NCBI GenBank assembly: GCA_014237925.1
Contig: JABACB010000001.1
Location: 32,374 to 96,373, forward strand
Length of the DNA stretch: 64,000 bases
DNA from: Alphaproteobacteria bacterium
GTDB lineage: Bacteria > Pseudomonadota > Alphaproteobacteria > JABAAW01
Reading direction: 5' to 3'
Part shown: in pieces, positions 38,001 through 47,201 of the stretch
Layout of the letters: each line of letters begins with the position of its first letter
Numbering within the stretch: position 1 is the first letter of the stretch
Program-made: the position numbers and the translations under genes
The notes under the pieces: generated by a model
Told to the model about the DNA's origin: nothing
The model's database searches: none
What the model saw: only the letters and a program-made list of their open reading frames with translations

Positions 38001-38897
38001 AACGCCGCTGCGTCGAGCGCATCGCGTCCCAACGATCTGCTGGAAAATGTGCATGCAAGCTTGCGCTGGCAGGACGAAAAGATACGCGAGGCTTCCTTCT
38101 CCTCGCACAGCTTGCTCTTTTCGCGCTCCGAGACAAGGCAGCGCTTGCAAGCGCAACGTCGCGTGCGCACGCAAGCCTTCTACACCTTGCGCGAGGGACA
38201 CGAGCTCGTCTCGGCTTACATCGAAGACCTCGGAAGTTTTCTTCATCAGGCGCTGGGACGAAACACCGCCGACGGAGGCAGGACGCAGCTTTCGCTCGTA
38301 CGTCCTCACAAGGAAGGACAGCGTCCCAAGCCTCACTTCGAAGGCTACGCTTCGATCCGAAACGTTTCTCTCTACAACTTGCCGCTGTTGTTGAAAATCT
38401 TCGATGCCGCAGACTTCGTATCTCTCTTCAACAAAGGAATCAGAGGATTGGATGTGCGTTCCGATTTGCAAATGTGGGACGGAATCCTCACCCTCAAAGA
38501 GTTCCGCTTGTCGAACAATCTCACCGCCCTCAGCGCAAACGGGTCGCTCGACTTGACGCAACGGAAGCTCGATCTGCGCGGCGAAATCGCATCCTTGCAC
38601 TTCGTCTCCAAAATCTTGCGCAACATCCCTCTGATCGGAACCATCGTCGTAGGCAGAAAAAGGCACAACCTCTTCGCCTTCTCTTACGAGGCGAAGGGAG
38701 GGTGGAACAATCCGCAGGTGCAATCGTCGCCGCTCAATATTTTCTTGCCGGGCATCGTGAAGATTGCCAATCCTTTGCAGCTGCTCGAACGCGACGACAT
38801 CAAGAAGGATCAAGACAAAAAGCGCGAACAGATCGCAGCCGAGCAGAACAACAAGACGGATGAGGAGGCGACAAAACCTGCCGACGAAGAACGCTAG
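35067..38897 (+). CDS. AsmA-family (YhdP/TamB-like) large envelope protein
   Basis: 1276 aa, N-terminal TM anchor, long beta-rich body. The C-terminal ...ILRNIPLIGTIVVG...GGWNNPQV region resembles the AsmA-like C-terminal domain. Confidence 0.55.
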   Translation: MKRQLTLRQLIFSALLAGVQNLLSSFLTLALCLSLLLVMQSERIDKVARWVKAEPATRARMLETWLAKRDFVERVAIAKVERAVERNQDAHKKGWIVSEASFLLASGVEARFRSLSLSPRQLRVQGLQVLGLRVVDTAETAEDKRQKRNTKRPTKEFWYKIVRQIGFITSLATEHTLKLEDSLILLEDNKGQPLLRLRFALIVADNRNGLTWRGHGFAEGGGAESRQPVVLAGSYAIASKRLFQSLRIEGFSPREALSLIDRNKTFDDKPAAEAGSKQTNLAQHSKTTRRWLEGKGQVSLDYRLDLRERQSWFRARFVRNTNANVLDKKAALAFDHSIDSRRTGSTNTSLSVRALPLDIVWHASDLLLPARLSRQAMPFRLEGTVSGRVSLQQQQQQPRQFLGNLLLETPRFRWNESDKSALAHRLTLSIEGNDERLQIAASLDFDPAKESGLDNSIVILPYEESAPQQNIRPARLSSRERKKIHPSKFRLTLEGTSRGGVPIQTVRTLWPPRFKPQTRAVVVEVVKEGELTDLTLALDALIDRKAKTRRLTNLDGSFLWQKGRLQLFAAPATLTDIKARARFTKREILFKVARARYGDFRIDEGGEVSFERKTLANDEKHTRMRLAIKGEGAAESLRRFALNAPFLQELTSLQRSARWLPRAPRATAKGHFNLTAFLAQLDVEAPETIFPSLLSYDTAWQVESIRLQAPFLRFYEGSATLTSSSSVPLLLAARLDSDRGLTLKGRWHIALPNAKAVRQRQEVQRLTLQGSLDAKALEDDFAYLPKDWIQQDLPLSLSYREKAGVSTQGLLSLVFPRSRLRVESSQPVRDETVRLSGSILRKETNTNSDASTQSQTQAPAWQIEGKFRPQGKTAILIERGRGEQKRKSLAMSLENLPSLEGKTTPETTPKQKTPAEWRLTLAGEQLDLSRWLEQKPWRTFTEKKRGEEKGGEALPSLGWGGLFNLTFDARLKKLQLQKNAAASSASRPNDLLENVHASLRWQDEKIREASFSSHSLLFSRSETRQRLQAQRRVRTQAFYTLREGHELVSAYIEDLGSFLHQALGRNTADGGRTQLSLVRPHKEGQRPKPHFEGYASIRNVSLYNLPLLLKIFDAADFVSLFNKGIRGLDVRSDLQMWDGILTLKEFRLSNNLTALSANGSLDLTQRKLDLRGEIASLHFVSKILRNIPLIGTIVVGRKRHNLFAFSYEAKGGWNNPQVQSSPLNIFLPGIVKIANPLQLLERDDIKKDQDKKREQIAAEQNNKTDEEATKPADEER

Positions 38898-38935
38898 CTT
38901 GATTTAACTAGCTTGCTTAAACTAGCTTGCCTTAA
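38895..38935. repeat. tandem repeat aactagcttgc x3 between convergent AsmA-family gene and tyrS
   Basis: Direct reading. Confidence 0.85.
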
Positions 38936-38955
38936 AAGGCTTCTTAAGCGGCGTT

Positions 38956-40215
38956 CTAAGCGGTTTTGCCGACCAGCGCGCAATGCGCTTTCTTGCCGAT
39001 CGAGAGCACTGTCTTTTCTTGCGGTTTCAAGAACAGAAGTGCCTGTTCGTCCGAGACGGTCTTGCCGTCCTGTCGCACGCCGCCTTGTCGGATCAGCCGT
39101 CGTGCCGCGCTGTTGCTGGCGACCAACCCCACTTCTTTGAGAACCTCATAGACGAAACGACTGTCTGCGAAAGCGACCGTGCGCTCGCTTGCGTGCGAGA
39201 GATCGCCTTCGGCGAAGATTTTTTCGGCGCGCAGATGTTCTTCTTCGGCGACCTTGCTACCGTGGCACAGGGTTGTGATTTCGGTTGCAAGACGAATCTT
39301 CGCTTCGTTCAGCTCTTTGCCTTGCAGACGTTCGAGGCGTCGAATCTCTTCCATCGGCAGCTCGGTGAAAAGCCTCAGGAAGCGACCGACATCGGCATCG
39401 GCGCTGTTGCGCCAAAACTGCCAAAAATCGTGCGACGAGAGCTTTTCGCGGTTCAGCCACACGGCACCCGTTGCCGTTTTGCCCATCTTTTCGCCCGTTG
39501 CGGTTGTCAGCAGAGGGGTTGTGAGGACGAAGCTTTCGGCGCGTTCGACGCGGCGGATCAGATCGATGCCGCAGAGAATGTTGCCCCATTGGTCCGAACC
39601 ACCCAGTTGCAGGCGACAATTCTCGCGGCGGTAGAGTTGCAGGAAGTCGTAAGCTTGCAGCACCATGTAGTTGAATTCTAGGAAGCTGAGCGGCTGGTCG
39701 GCATCCAGACGGCTGCGCACGGATTCGACCTTCACCATGCGATTGACCGAGAAGTGTTTGCCGTACTCGCTCAAAAAGTCGAGCCAAGAGATATCGTTGA
39801 GCCACGCGGCGTTGTCGACAAAGGCGACGCGGGAGGGGGAGGAGGGGGGGGAGGCAGCTTCGTCTTGCAGCAGTCTTGTGAAGAGGCTTTCGAGAACTTG
39901 CGTGTTGCAGACGATGTCTTTCGTATCGAGCATGCGTCGCTGACTGTTTTTTCCTGAAGGATCGCCGACGCGTGTCGTGCCACCGCCCAACAGGACGATC
40001 GGGCGGTGTCCTGTTTTTTGCAGCCATCGAAGCAGCATGATTTGGATCAGCGAGCCAACATGCAATCCGTCGGCGGTCGCATCGAAACCGATGTAGGCGG
40101 AGACGCTTTCGCGCGCCATGAGCGCGTCGAGCGCCTGCCAGTCGTTGCAGTCCTTGAGAAAGCCGCGTTCGGCGAGCGTGCGCAAAAAGTCTGAGCGGAG
40201 GGTGTTTTGTTTCAT
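38956..40215 (-). CDS. tyrS: tyrosine--tRNA ligase
   Basis: GFDATADGLHVGS (HIGH), EKMGKT (KMSKS) and a C-terminal S4 domain. An in-frame insertion contains a G8/C8 homopolymer at about 39844-39851. Confidence 0.9.
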   Translation of the reverse strand: MKQNTLRSDFLRTLAERGFLKDCNDWQALDALMARESVSAYIGFDATADGLHVGSLIQIMLLRWLQKTGHRPIVLLGGGTTRVGDPSGKNSQRRMLDTKDIVCNTQVLESLFTRLLQDEAASPPSSPSRVAFVDNAAWLNDISWLDFLSEYGKHFSVNRMVKVESVRSRLDADQPLSFLEFNYMVLQAYDFLQLYRRENCRLQLGGSDQWGNILCGIDLIRRVERAESFVLTTPLLTTATGEKMGKTATGAVWLNREKLSSHDFWQFWRNSADADVGRFLRLFTELPMEEIRRLERLQGKELNEAKIRLATEITTLCHGSKVAEEEHLRAEKIFAEGDLSHASERTVAFADSRFVYEVLKEVGLVASNSAARRLIRQGGVRQDGKTVSDEQALLFLKPQEKTVLSIGKKAHCALVGKTA

Positions 40216-40447
40216 GGCTTTCGCACGCTACATGCTAGGCGGGGCGCAGATTTCTGTCAAGGTGCGCGCTGTGTGATGCGCTTCGCACGATCGTGGATGC
40301 CTGGGGATGCCTAGCGTGTCCGTTGCGCGAGCGCGCGCTATCCGAAAAGCACAAGCGCGAGACAACAGAAACGCCACACCGCTCTGTCAGGCTGAAAGTG
40401 CGTGGTGATGGTGGATGGGTCTGGTGTGGTGATGGGGGGTCAGTCCC

Positions 40448-41692
40448 TCACAGCAGGCAACGATGCTGCGGTACAGGCAGCACTCCGATTTTCTCCCCCC
40501 TCCGCTTCGCACGCGCACGCGCAGGCTGAACCGCCAAGCAGTTCGCACGCGCCAACAACAAAGTGTGCGACGACTCCTGATCCTCAAAAACACGCACCTC
40601 CCCCCCCTCCAGCCTTGCCCGCATGTAATGACTGCGCTCCCCCCCTTCCTCAAGATCACAGGCAAGAACCGCCTCTTGCAAAGCAACGGCAGGCGACAGC
40701 GAAAGCATCTTTTCCACCATCGGCTTCAGAAAGACGAGCGCGCCGACATAAACGGACGCAGGATTGCCGGGCAACACAAGCACAGGAACATTTTCCGCCA
40801 TGCCGAAACGGGTCGGCTTGCCGGGGCGCATGGCAAGACGGCTGAATCGCTCCTCGATGCCGAGCTCACGAAGCGCCGCCCCTGTCCAGTCGGCAGCACT
40901 GTGCGAAGCGCCGCCGCTGGCTACGACGATATCTGCCCCTGCGAGCGCGTTCCTCAAAGTCGCGCTCAGCGAGGCGAGGCTGTCTTGCGCGAAAGGGACG
41001 ACGCGCGCTTCTGCGCCGAAACATTCGGACAGCGTCGCCACCATCAAGCTGTTGGCAGCCGAGATATGGTGGCTCGCGCACACCTCGCCGGGGTAGGCGA
41101 GCTCGTCGCCGCTGGCGACGATGGCAAGACGAGGCTTCCTGCGTACCGAAAGCCAAGCGTAGTTCATCGTCGCAGCCAACGCGAGGTCGCGCGCCGAAAG
41201 CAGACGGTTCTGTTCCAAACAGACGCTGCCTCGTGCAAAATCTCCCCCTTCGGCGCGAATGTAGCGACCCAACACGGGTTGTTCGCGCACGCGCACGAGA
41301 TCATATTCTCGATCGCATGCTCGACCCTCCTCTCCCCCGCCCTCTCGAAGGCTATGCTCGTCGATGAGAATGCTATCGGCTTCTTCAGGCAAGGCTGCGC
41401 CGGTCAACACCTGTACAGTCGAGGGTTCTGCCGTCAGCGGCGGAACAAAAGCAGAGCCCGCAACCGACCTGCCGACAAGGCGCAAGACAGCATCGCGCGG
41501 CGCTTGCGCCGCCCTCACCGCGTAGCCGTCCATCGCAGAGACGCGGCGCGGGGGGTGGGAGACGCGGGCAACAAGGTCTTCTGCCAAAACTCTGCCGAGG
41601 CAGTTTTGCAAGGGCAGAACCTCCGTTGCAGAAAGAGCACCGCTGCAGGAGAGCAGGATCCCTTGCGCTTGTTGGGGTGAAAGGGCGGACAT
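40448..41692 (-). CDS. moeA: molybdopterin molybdotransferase
   Basis: 414 aa MoeA homology (SAMDGYAV, GGVSMG-like). Confidence 0.85.
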   Translation of the reverse strand: MSALSPQQAQGILLSCSGALSATEVLPLQNCLGRVLAEDLVARVSHPPRRVSAMDGYAVRAAQAPRDAVLRLVGRSVAGSAFVPPLTAEPSTVQVLTGAALPEEADSILIDEHSLREGGGEEGRACDREYDLVRVREQPVLGRYIRAEGGDFARGSVCLEQNRLLSARDLALAATMNYAWLSVRRKPRLAIVASGDELAYPGEVCASHHISAANSLMVATLSECFGAEARVVPFAQDSLASLSATLRNALAGADIVVASGGASHSAADWTGAALRELGIEERFSRLAMRPGKPTRFGMAENVPVLVLPGNPASVYVGALVFLKPMVEKMLSLSPAVALQEAVLACDLEEGGERSHYMRARLEGGEVRVFEDQESSHTLLLARANCLAVQPARARAKRRGEKIGVLPVPQHRCLL

Positions 41693-41749
41693 CCTAAGAA
41701 GACATTATAAGAAGATATTTTAGCTAGATATTTTAGCCCGACATTCCCG

Positions 41750-42367
41750 TCAGACCCCGTGGCGGTAGGTGTCCGCGCGCAACGCGCCCGCGCGCCATGC
41801 GCCCGAAGCGCCGCCGCGCTTTTCGAGCAAACGAATATCGGTGATTTGCATCGCGCGATCGACCGCCTTCAACATGTCGTAGACGGTCAATGCTGCAACC
41901 GAGACCGCCATCAGCGCCTCCATCTCGACGCCCGTCTGCCCTTGCGTGCGGCATTCCGAAAAAACCCAAACCTTCGAACCCTCAAGACGCAAAGAGACGG
42001 AAACCTGACTCAAGGGCAGAGGGTGACAAAGAGGCACAAGCGCACTCGTCTGCTTTGCTGCCATGATGCCCGCAAGCTGCGCCGTTCCCAAAACATTGCC
42101 CTTCTCCGCCTTTTGCGTCGCAAGAACGCTCGCGCCTTCCGCCGAAAGCAACACGCATGCTTGCGCGCGCGCGAAACGTTTCGTCGTCTCCTTGCCCCCC
42201 ACATCGACCATGCGCGCTCCTCCCGCGCCGTCGCTGTGCGTCAGGCGCGCGAGTCCTTGTGCTTTTTGCCCTCGTGCTTTTTGCCCTCGTGTTTCTTGCT
42301 CTCGCGTTTCTTGCTCTCGCGTTTCTTGCTCTCGCGTTTTTTGCTCTTGCGTTTCTTCTTTTGCCAT
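41750..42367 (-). CDS. moaC: cyclic pyranopterin monophosphate synthase accessory protein MoaC
   Basis: LTHSDGAGGARMVDVGGK...GVEMEALMAVSVAALTVYDM MoaC core. N-terminal in-frame EQETREQETREQETRGQKARGQKA repeat (15-bp units). Confidence 0.85.
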   Translation of the reverse strand: MAKEETQEQKTREQETREQETREQETRGQKARGQKAQGLARLTHSDGAGGARMVDVGGKETTKRFARAQACVLLSAEGASVLATQKAEKGNVLGTAQLAGIMAAKQTSALVPLCHPLPLSQVSVSLRLEGSKVWVFSECRTQGQTGVEMEALMAVSVAALTVYDMLKAVDRAMQITDIRLLEKRGGASGAWRAGALRADTYRHGV

Positions 42368-42371
42368 AGAA

Positions 42372-43235
42372 CTAGCCTCGAAGGGCAGCCTGCGCAAAGG
42401 CTGCAACGCATCCTTGCGTATCGTCGCTGCGCATGATCGCCTCGCCGACCAAAAACGCCAACGGCGCAGTCCGCGCCGCCAAGAACGGAAGAAGATCATC
42501 AGGCTTGCGCAAGCCGCTCTCGGCAACCGCAAGGCGATCGTCGGGAACACGCGAGACCATCGCCGCCGCGCGCACGAGATCGATCGAAAGGCTTTGCAAG
42601 TCGCGCGCATTCACACCGATCATCAAGGCTTGCAAGTGGCGAACGGCGACCTCCAGCTCTTCTTCTCCGTGCACCTCGACCAACACATCCATGTCGAGCT
42701 CCAAGGCGAGCGCCTCCATCTCTTGGGCTTGCTTCGCCTCCAAAAAACGCATCACGAGCAGCACGCAGTCTGCTCCCATCGCGCGCGCCTGCCAAATCTG
42801 CACAGGATCGATGAGAAAGTCTTTGCGCAAAACAGGAAGGCGAGAAGCAGCACGCACCTGCTCCAGATCGTGGCAGCGCGCGTGAAACCACGCGCGGTCG
42901 GTCAGAACCGACAGGCACGCAGCCCCGCCGCGCTCTAGATGTTGCGCCGTCTCTGCGGGCGACCCGTAAGAACGGAGCGCACCTGCGGAAGGCGAGGCGC
43001 GCTTGCTCTCGCAAATGAGCGCCGCCTGTTTGTGCGACAAGCGCTGCAACAGCGCGCGTCGAAAGCCGCGCGGGGACTCTTGTTCGCGTGCCTGCTCTCT
43101 CAACAGAGATCGATCGCAGGCAAGCAAGGTTGCGCACTCCTCGCGTTTTGCGGCAAGGATGCGCGCAAGCAAGCCCTCTCCGCCAGCCCCAGGAGATTTC
43201 TCAGGCGCCTTGCTGTGTGATGTTCTTGACAGCAT
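42372..43235 (-). CDS. trpC: indole-3-glycerol phosphate synthase
   Basis: ILAAKREE start region and LRKDFLIDPVQI, GADCVLL motifs. The exact start is uncertain. Confidence 0.8.
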   Translation of the reverse strand: MLSRTSHSKAPEKSPGAGGEGLLARILAAKREECATLLACDRSLLREQAREQESPRGFRRALLQRLSHKQAALICESKRASPSAGALRSYGSPAETAQHLERGGAACLSVLTDRAWFHARCHDLEQVRAASRLPVLRKDFLIDPVQIWQARAMGADCVLLVMRFLEAKQAQEMEALALELDMDVLVEVHGEEELEVAVRHLQALMIGVNARDLQSLSIDLVRAAAMVSRVPDDRLAVAESGLRKPDDLLPFLAARTAPLAFLVGEAIMRSDDTQGCVAAFAQAALRG

Positions 43236-44280
43236 CCAGCGTACGGCGAGTCTTGCCTTCTTCGATGGCAGCCCTTGCAAGCGCCGCTCCTTCCGAGAGC
43301 GTGCGCACAGCACCAGCGACGACCAGCGCCGCCGCTGCGTTGTAGAGAATCGTTTCGAACAACGCATGCTCCGAACTGCCCTCCTTGCCACTCTTGCAGT
43401 CGAACACCCTCAAGATGGCGCGCGCGTTGTGCTTCGCATCCCCGCCAAGCACCAGCGCAAGATCCCGCTCCACCAGTCCCGCGTCCTCAGGCAACAACGC
43501 GCGTTTCTTATGCATACCCGCCGAGTCGCGTTGCACAATGAAGGCTTGCGACTCGCCACAAAGCGTCATCTCGTCCGCTCCCCCGGCGCCGTGCACGATC
43601 CAGGCATGCTCAAAGTTCAGCAACTCCATCACCCGCGCATAAAGATGGGCAACCCGCACATCGACAACTCCGAACAATCCCCGTCGAACACCCGCAGGAT
43701 TCAGTAGAGGACCCAAAAGGTTGAAAAGCGTTCGCGCGCGCAGTGCCTTGCGCACTCCGCCCGCTCGTCCGATCGCGGGGTGGTGGCGCGGTGCAAACAT
43801 GAAACAAAAACATGTCTCGTCCAAACTCTGCTGCAATCGCTCGACGGGCGCGTCGATCCTGACACCCAGGGCTTCCAAAACATCCGCAGCGCCGCTCTGA
43901 GAGCTCACTCCGCGGTTGCCGTGCTTCGCAACAGGAACGCCGCAACTGGCGACAACAAGCGCCGTCGCCGTAGAGATGTTGAAAGTTCCTAGCCCGTCGC
44001 CGCCGGTGCCTACGATGTCGATCGCCTTCGCCGGCGCAACGACAGGATGGACAACCGCAGCACTCAGCGCATCCACCGCTCCGGCCACTTCTTCTCCTTG
44101 CTCGCCGCGCACGCGCAGGGCGGCTAGCACCGCTGCCAGCACGAGCTCGTCCGTCTCTTCGCCTTCGAGAAGGAGGGAGGCGAAAAGATGCCTCGAACCG
44201 TCGCGAGAGAGCGTTTGTCCCGAAAGCAACAGACCTAGGCTTTCGTGAATCGTATGTGGGGTTTCTGCCATCGGAGACAT
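43201..44280 (-). CDS. trpD: anthranilate phosphoribosyltransferase
   Basis: DIVGTGGDG and KHGNRGVSS motifs, 359 aa. Confidence 0.85.
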   Translation of the reverse strand: MSPMAETPHTIHESLGLLLSGQTLSRDGSRHLFASLLLEGEETDELVLAAVLAALRVRGEQGEEVAGAVDALSAAVVHPVVAPAKAIDIVGTGGDGLGTFNISTATALVVASCGVPVAKHGNRGVSSQSGAADVLEALGVRIDAPVERLQQSLDETCFCFMFAPRHHPAIGRAGGVRKALRARTLFNLLGPLLNPAGVRRGLFGVVDVRVAHLYARVMELLNFEHAWIVHGAGGADEMTLCGESQAFIVQRDSAGMHKKRALLPEDAGLVERDLALVLGGDAKHNARAILRVFDCKSGKEGSSEHALFETILYNAAAALVVAGAVRTLSEGAALARAAIEEGKTRRTLDAVKNITQQGA

Positions 44281-44285
44281 TCTAT

Positions 44286-44396
44286 CGTTATTCGGTACTC
44301 TGTTGTTATCCGTTACTCTGTCGTTACTCTTGTTCGTTACTCTTGTTCGTTACTCTTGTCGTTACTTTTGTCGTTACTTTTGCGTTACTTTTGTCG
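44286..44396. repeat. tandem repeat, 12–13-bp unit gttactcttgttc x about 8 between trpD and trpG
   Basis: Direct reading. Confidence 0.9.
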
Positions 44397-45027
44397 CCAT
44401 TTTTGCGTGTTCGAGACAAAAGTCGACGAAGTTGGCAAGGATGCGCTCTCCGTGTTCGCACGCGATGCTTTCGGGGTGGAACTGCACGCCGAAGAGCGCG
44501 TGTTCTCGGTGCGAGAGTGCCATGACAACGGCTTCCTCGTCGTCGCTGACGGCATCGACGCGCAAGATTTCAGGCAACGAGATTTTCTCGACGACAAGCG
44601 AATGGTAGCGCGTGGCTTGGAAGGCGTTCGGCACGTCTCGAAACAGAGGACTTTCCCCATCGTGTCGCACGGCGGAAGTTTTGCCGTGCATGAGATGTTT
44701 CGCACGCACGACCTCGCCGCCGCAGCTCTGCGCAAGGCACTGCATGCCCAAGCACACGCCCAGCATGGGCGGTGCCGTCTTGCCCTCACGCCCCCGCGCC
44801 TGCAACGCCTGCGGCAAGGCGAGCGAGATGCCAGCCCCCTCAGGTCGTCCAGGACCCGGCGAGACGAGCACGCCGCAAGGGTTCAACGCCAACACCTCTG
44901 CCACGCTCATCTTGTCGTTGCGCACGACAAGCACGCTTCCTTCGTCCATCGCACGATGCTTCGCTACGGCTTGGTACAGGTTCCAAGTGAAACTGTCGTA
45001 GTTGTCGATGAGAACGACAAAAGGCAT
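44374..45027 (-). CDS. trpG: anthranilate synthase component II (glutamine amidotransferase)
   Basis: MPFVVLIDNYDSFTWNLYQ start and the GVCLGMQ catalytic Cys motif. The longer ORF upstream is a run-on. Confidence 0.8.
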   Translation of the reverse strand: MPFVVLIDNYDSFTWNLYQAVAKHRAMDEGSVLVVRNDKMSVAEVLALNPCGVLVSPGPGRPEGAGISLALPQALQARGREGKTAPPMLGVCLGMQCLAQSCGGEVVRAKHLMHGKTSAVRHDGESPLFRDVPNAFQATRYHSLVVEKISLPEILRVDAVSDDEEAVVMALSHREHALFGVQFHPESIACEHGERILANFVDFCLEHAKMATKVTQK

Positions 45028-45077
45028 GTCAAGCGACAAGGCGAGCGTTGCAGAGGAAACAAGGGCGCGATTTGTTG

Positions 45078-45722
45078 TCAGGCTGCCGATTTGGCATGCG
45101 TTTGTCGAATGTACTCGGCGGTAGCCTGCTCCAGCTCGCTCAAGTGTCGCGAAAAAAGATGATCCGCAGACTTGATGCAACGAAAAACAACCCGAACCGC
45201 CTTGTGGCAGATCAAAGTCTGTTGTAGCTGCGCAATATGAGCGTAGGGAATCAGCTCGTCTTGCTCGCCGTGCAGAACGAGCCCATCGACGGGACAAGGG
45301 TTGAAAAAGGAGAAATCGTAGCGGCGCTCAGGAAGTCCGGCGACGACGAAGCGCGCGATCTCGGGACGGCGCATCAAGAGCTGCAAAGCGACCCACGCGC
45401 CGAAGGAAACGCCGCCGATCCAGCACGGCGTCACCCCTTCGCTGCGATCCTGAAGCCAATCCAACGCCGCCGCCGCATCGGCGATCTCTCCTTCGCCCAA
45501 CTCGCTGCGACCGTCGCTGCGTCCCACGCCGCGAAAGTTGATCCGAAGGCAGCCGAAGCCCTGCCGTGCGAAAGCGCGATACAGCGTATAAACCGCCTTG
45601 CTGTCCATCGTGCCGCCTTGCACAGGGTTCGGATGCAAAAGCAGAACAACAGGCGCACAAGGCGCTCCTTGATGCAGCCGTCCCTCGAGACGACCGCTCG
45701 GACCATTCAAAACGATGTTCAT
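45078..45722 (-). CDS. alpha/beta-fold hydrolase (esterase-like)
   Basis: GVSFGAW nucleophile-elbow (GxSxG), 214 aa. Confidence 0.55.
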   Translation of the reverse strand: MNIVLNGPSGRLEGRLHQGAPCAPVVLLLHPNPVQGGTMDSKAVYTLYRAFARQGFGCLRINFRGVGRSDGRSELGEGEIADAAAALDWLQDRSEGVTPCWIGGVSFGAWVALQLLMRRPEIARFVVAGLPERRYDFSFFNPCPVDGLVLHGEQDELIPYAHIAQLQQTLICHKAVRVVFRCIKSADHLFSRHLSELEQATAEYIRQTHAKSAA

Positions 45723-45842
45723 CTTCTTCTTTCGTCCTTACTTTTTTCTCGCAAATCTCTAGTATGCGTCCATAGGATCCATTCTAGCAGATTTTTGCCG
45801 AAGGGTTGTAAGGGTTAAAACAAAAATCACCGAAAACAGACT

Positions 45843-47201
45843 ATGCACCCCGCTGCCGAGACCTTCTACTTGGACGAAAACGCCACCGCACCGCTACGCG
45901 ACGAGGTGCGCGCGGGGATGCAAGCGGAAATGCAAGCAGAAATGCAAGAGGAAATGCAAGCGGGGCAGCAAGCAGGGCAGCAAGCGGAAATGCAAGCAGG
46001 GCAGCAAGCGAGACAGCAAGCGAGACAGCAAGCGGTGTGGCGCGATACGGGAAACGCCTCGTCGGTGCATAGCTTCGGCAGAAGGGCGCGCGCAAAAATC
46101 GAGGCGGCACGCGAGTGTATCGCACAAAAACTCGAAGCGAGCATCGAGGGCATCGTCTTTACAGGCAGCGGCAGCGAAGCCAACGCGCTCGCCTTGCACG
46201 ACAAGACGCGATTTTTCTGCTCGAAGGCAGAACACGCTTCCGTCCTCGAATGGCAGCCGAAGGACAAAAGAGCGACCCCCGAAATAGCGACGCAGAGCCT
46301 AGAGCGCGAACAGAGACTCGTGCCGCTTTTGCATACGGGGGTCGTCGATGTGAAAGCCTTGCAAACGATGCTCGACGACGCGCCCTCGCCGCCGCAGTTG
46401 GTCTCCGTCATGGCAGCCAACAACGAGACGGGCGTCGTGCAGCCCATCGAAACCATTGCCGAGATATGCCGTGCGCACGCCGTTCCTTTCCACTGCGACG
46501 CAACTCAGGCGGTGGGAAGGTTGCCCGTCTCGCTCAAGGCGTGGGGCGCAGACATGCTCACGCTCTCGGCGCACAAGCTCGGAGGACCGCAAGGGGTGGG
46601 CGCGCTCGTCTGCACAACCGAGGCGCGCACGCGATTAGTGCCGCTGTTGCGCGGTGGAGGGCAGGAGGGGGGCTTGCGAGCAGGCACCGAGAATGTGACC
46701 GCCATCGTAGGATTTGCAACCGCCTTGAACTTCGCCTGCCAAGAACTCGCGCGTATGGGGGAGATGCAAGCCAAAAGAGATGCCTTCGAACAAGAATTGC
46801 GTGCGCGAATCGAAGGGGTGCGTGTCGCGGGATTCGAGGTATCGCGTTTGGCGAACACTTCGTGTTTTGTCCATCCGCGTCTTTCCGCAGAGGTGTTGTT
46901 GATGTTGTGCGACGGCGAGGGAATCGCGCTCTCGTCTGGCGCGGCGTGTTCGTCGGGAAAGGTTGCCCCCAGCCATGTCTTGCGTGCAATGGGCTTCGAC
47001 GAGGCTTCGTGCAGGCGCGCAATCAGGGTTTCGTTCGGCTTGCGCACGCGCGAGGGAGCGCTGGACGCGCTGCTCGACTTGCTCGCGCGCAAGGAGAATA
47101 GCGAGAAGAGGGATGAGACAAGGATGGAGACAAGGATGGAGACAAGGATGGAGACAAGGATGGAGACAAGGGCGGAGAAAAGGGGAGAGGCTGTCGCGTG
47201 A
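45843..47201 (+). CDS. cysteine desulfurase (NifS/IscS family) with repeat insertions
   Basis: Class-V aminotransferase fold with the SAHKLGGPQG PLP-Lys motif. N-terminal in-frame (MQAEMQAGQQARQQ) 15-bp x8 repeat and C-terminal RMETRMETRMETRMET repeat. Confidence 0.8.
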   Translation: MHPAAETFYLDENATAPLRDEVRAGMQAEMQAEMQEEMQAGQQAGQQAEMQAGQQARQQARQQAVWRDTGNASSVHSFGRRARAKIEAARECIAQKLEASIEGIVFTGSGSEANALALHDKTRFFCSKAEHASVLEWQPKDKRATPEIATQSLEREQRLVPLLHTGVVDVKALQTMLDDAPSPPQLVSVMAANNETGVVQPIETIAEICRAHAVPFHCDATQAVGRLPVSLKAWGADMLTLSAHKLGGPQGVGALVCTTEARTRLVPLLRGGGQEGGLRAGTENVTAIVGFATALNFACQELARMGEMQAKRDAFEQELRARIEGVRVAGFEVSRLANTSCFVHPRLSAEVLLMLCDGEGIALSSGAACSSGKVAPSHVLRAMGFDEASCRRAIRVSFGLRTREGALDALLDLLARKENSEKRDETRMETRMETRMETRMETRAEKRGEAVA

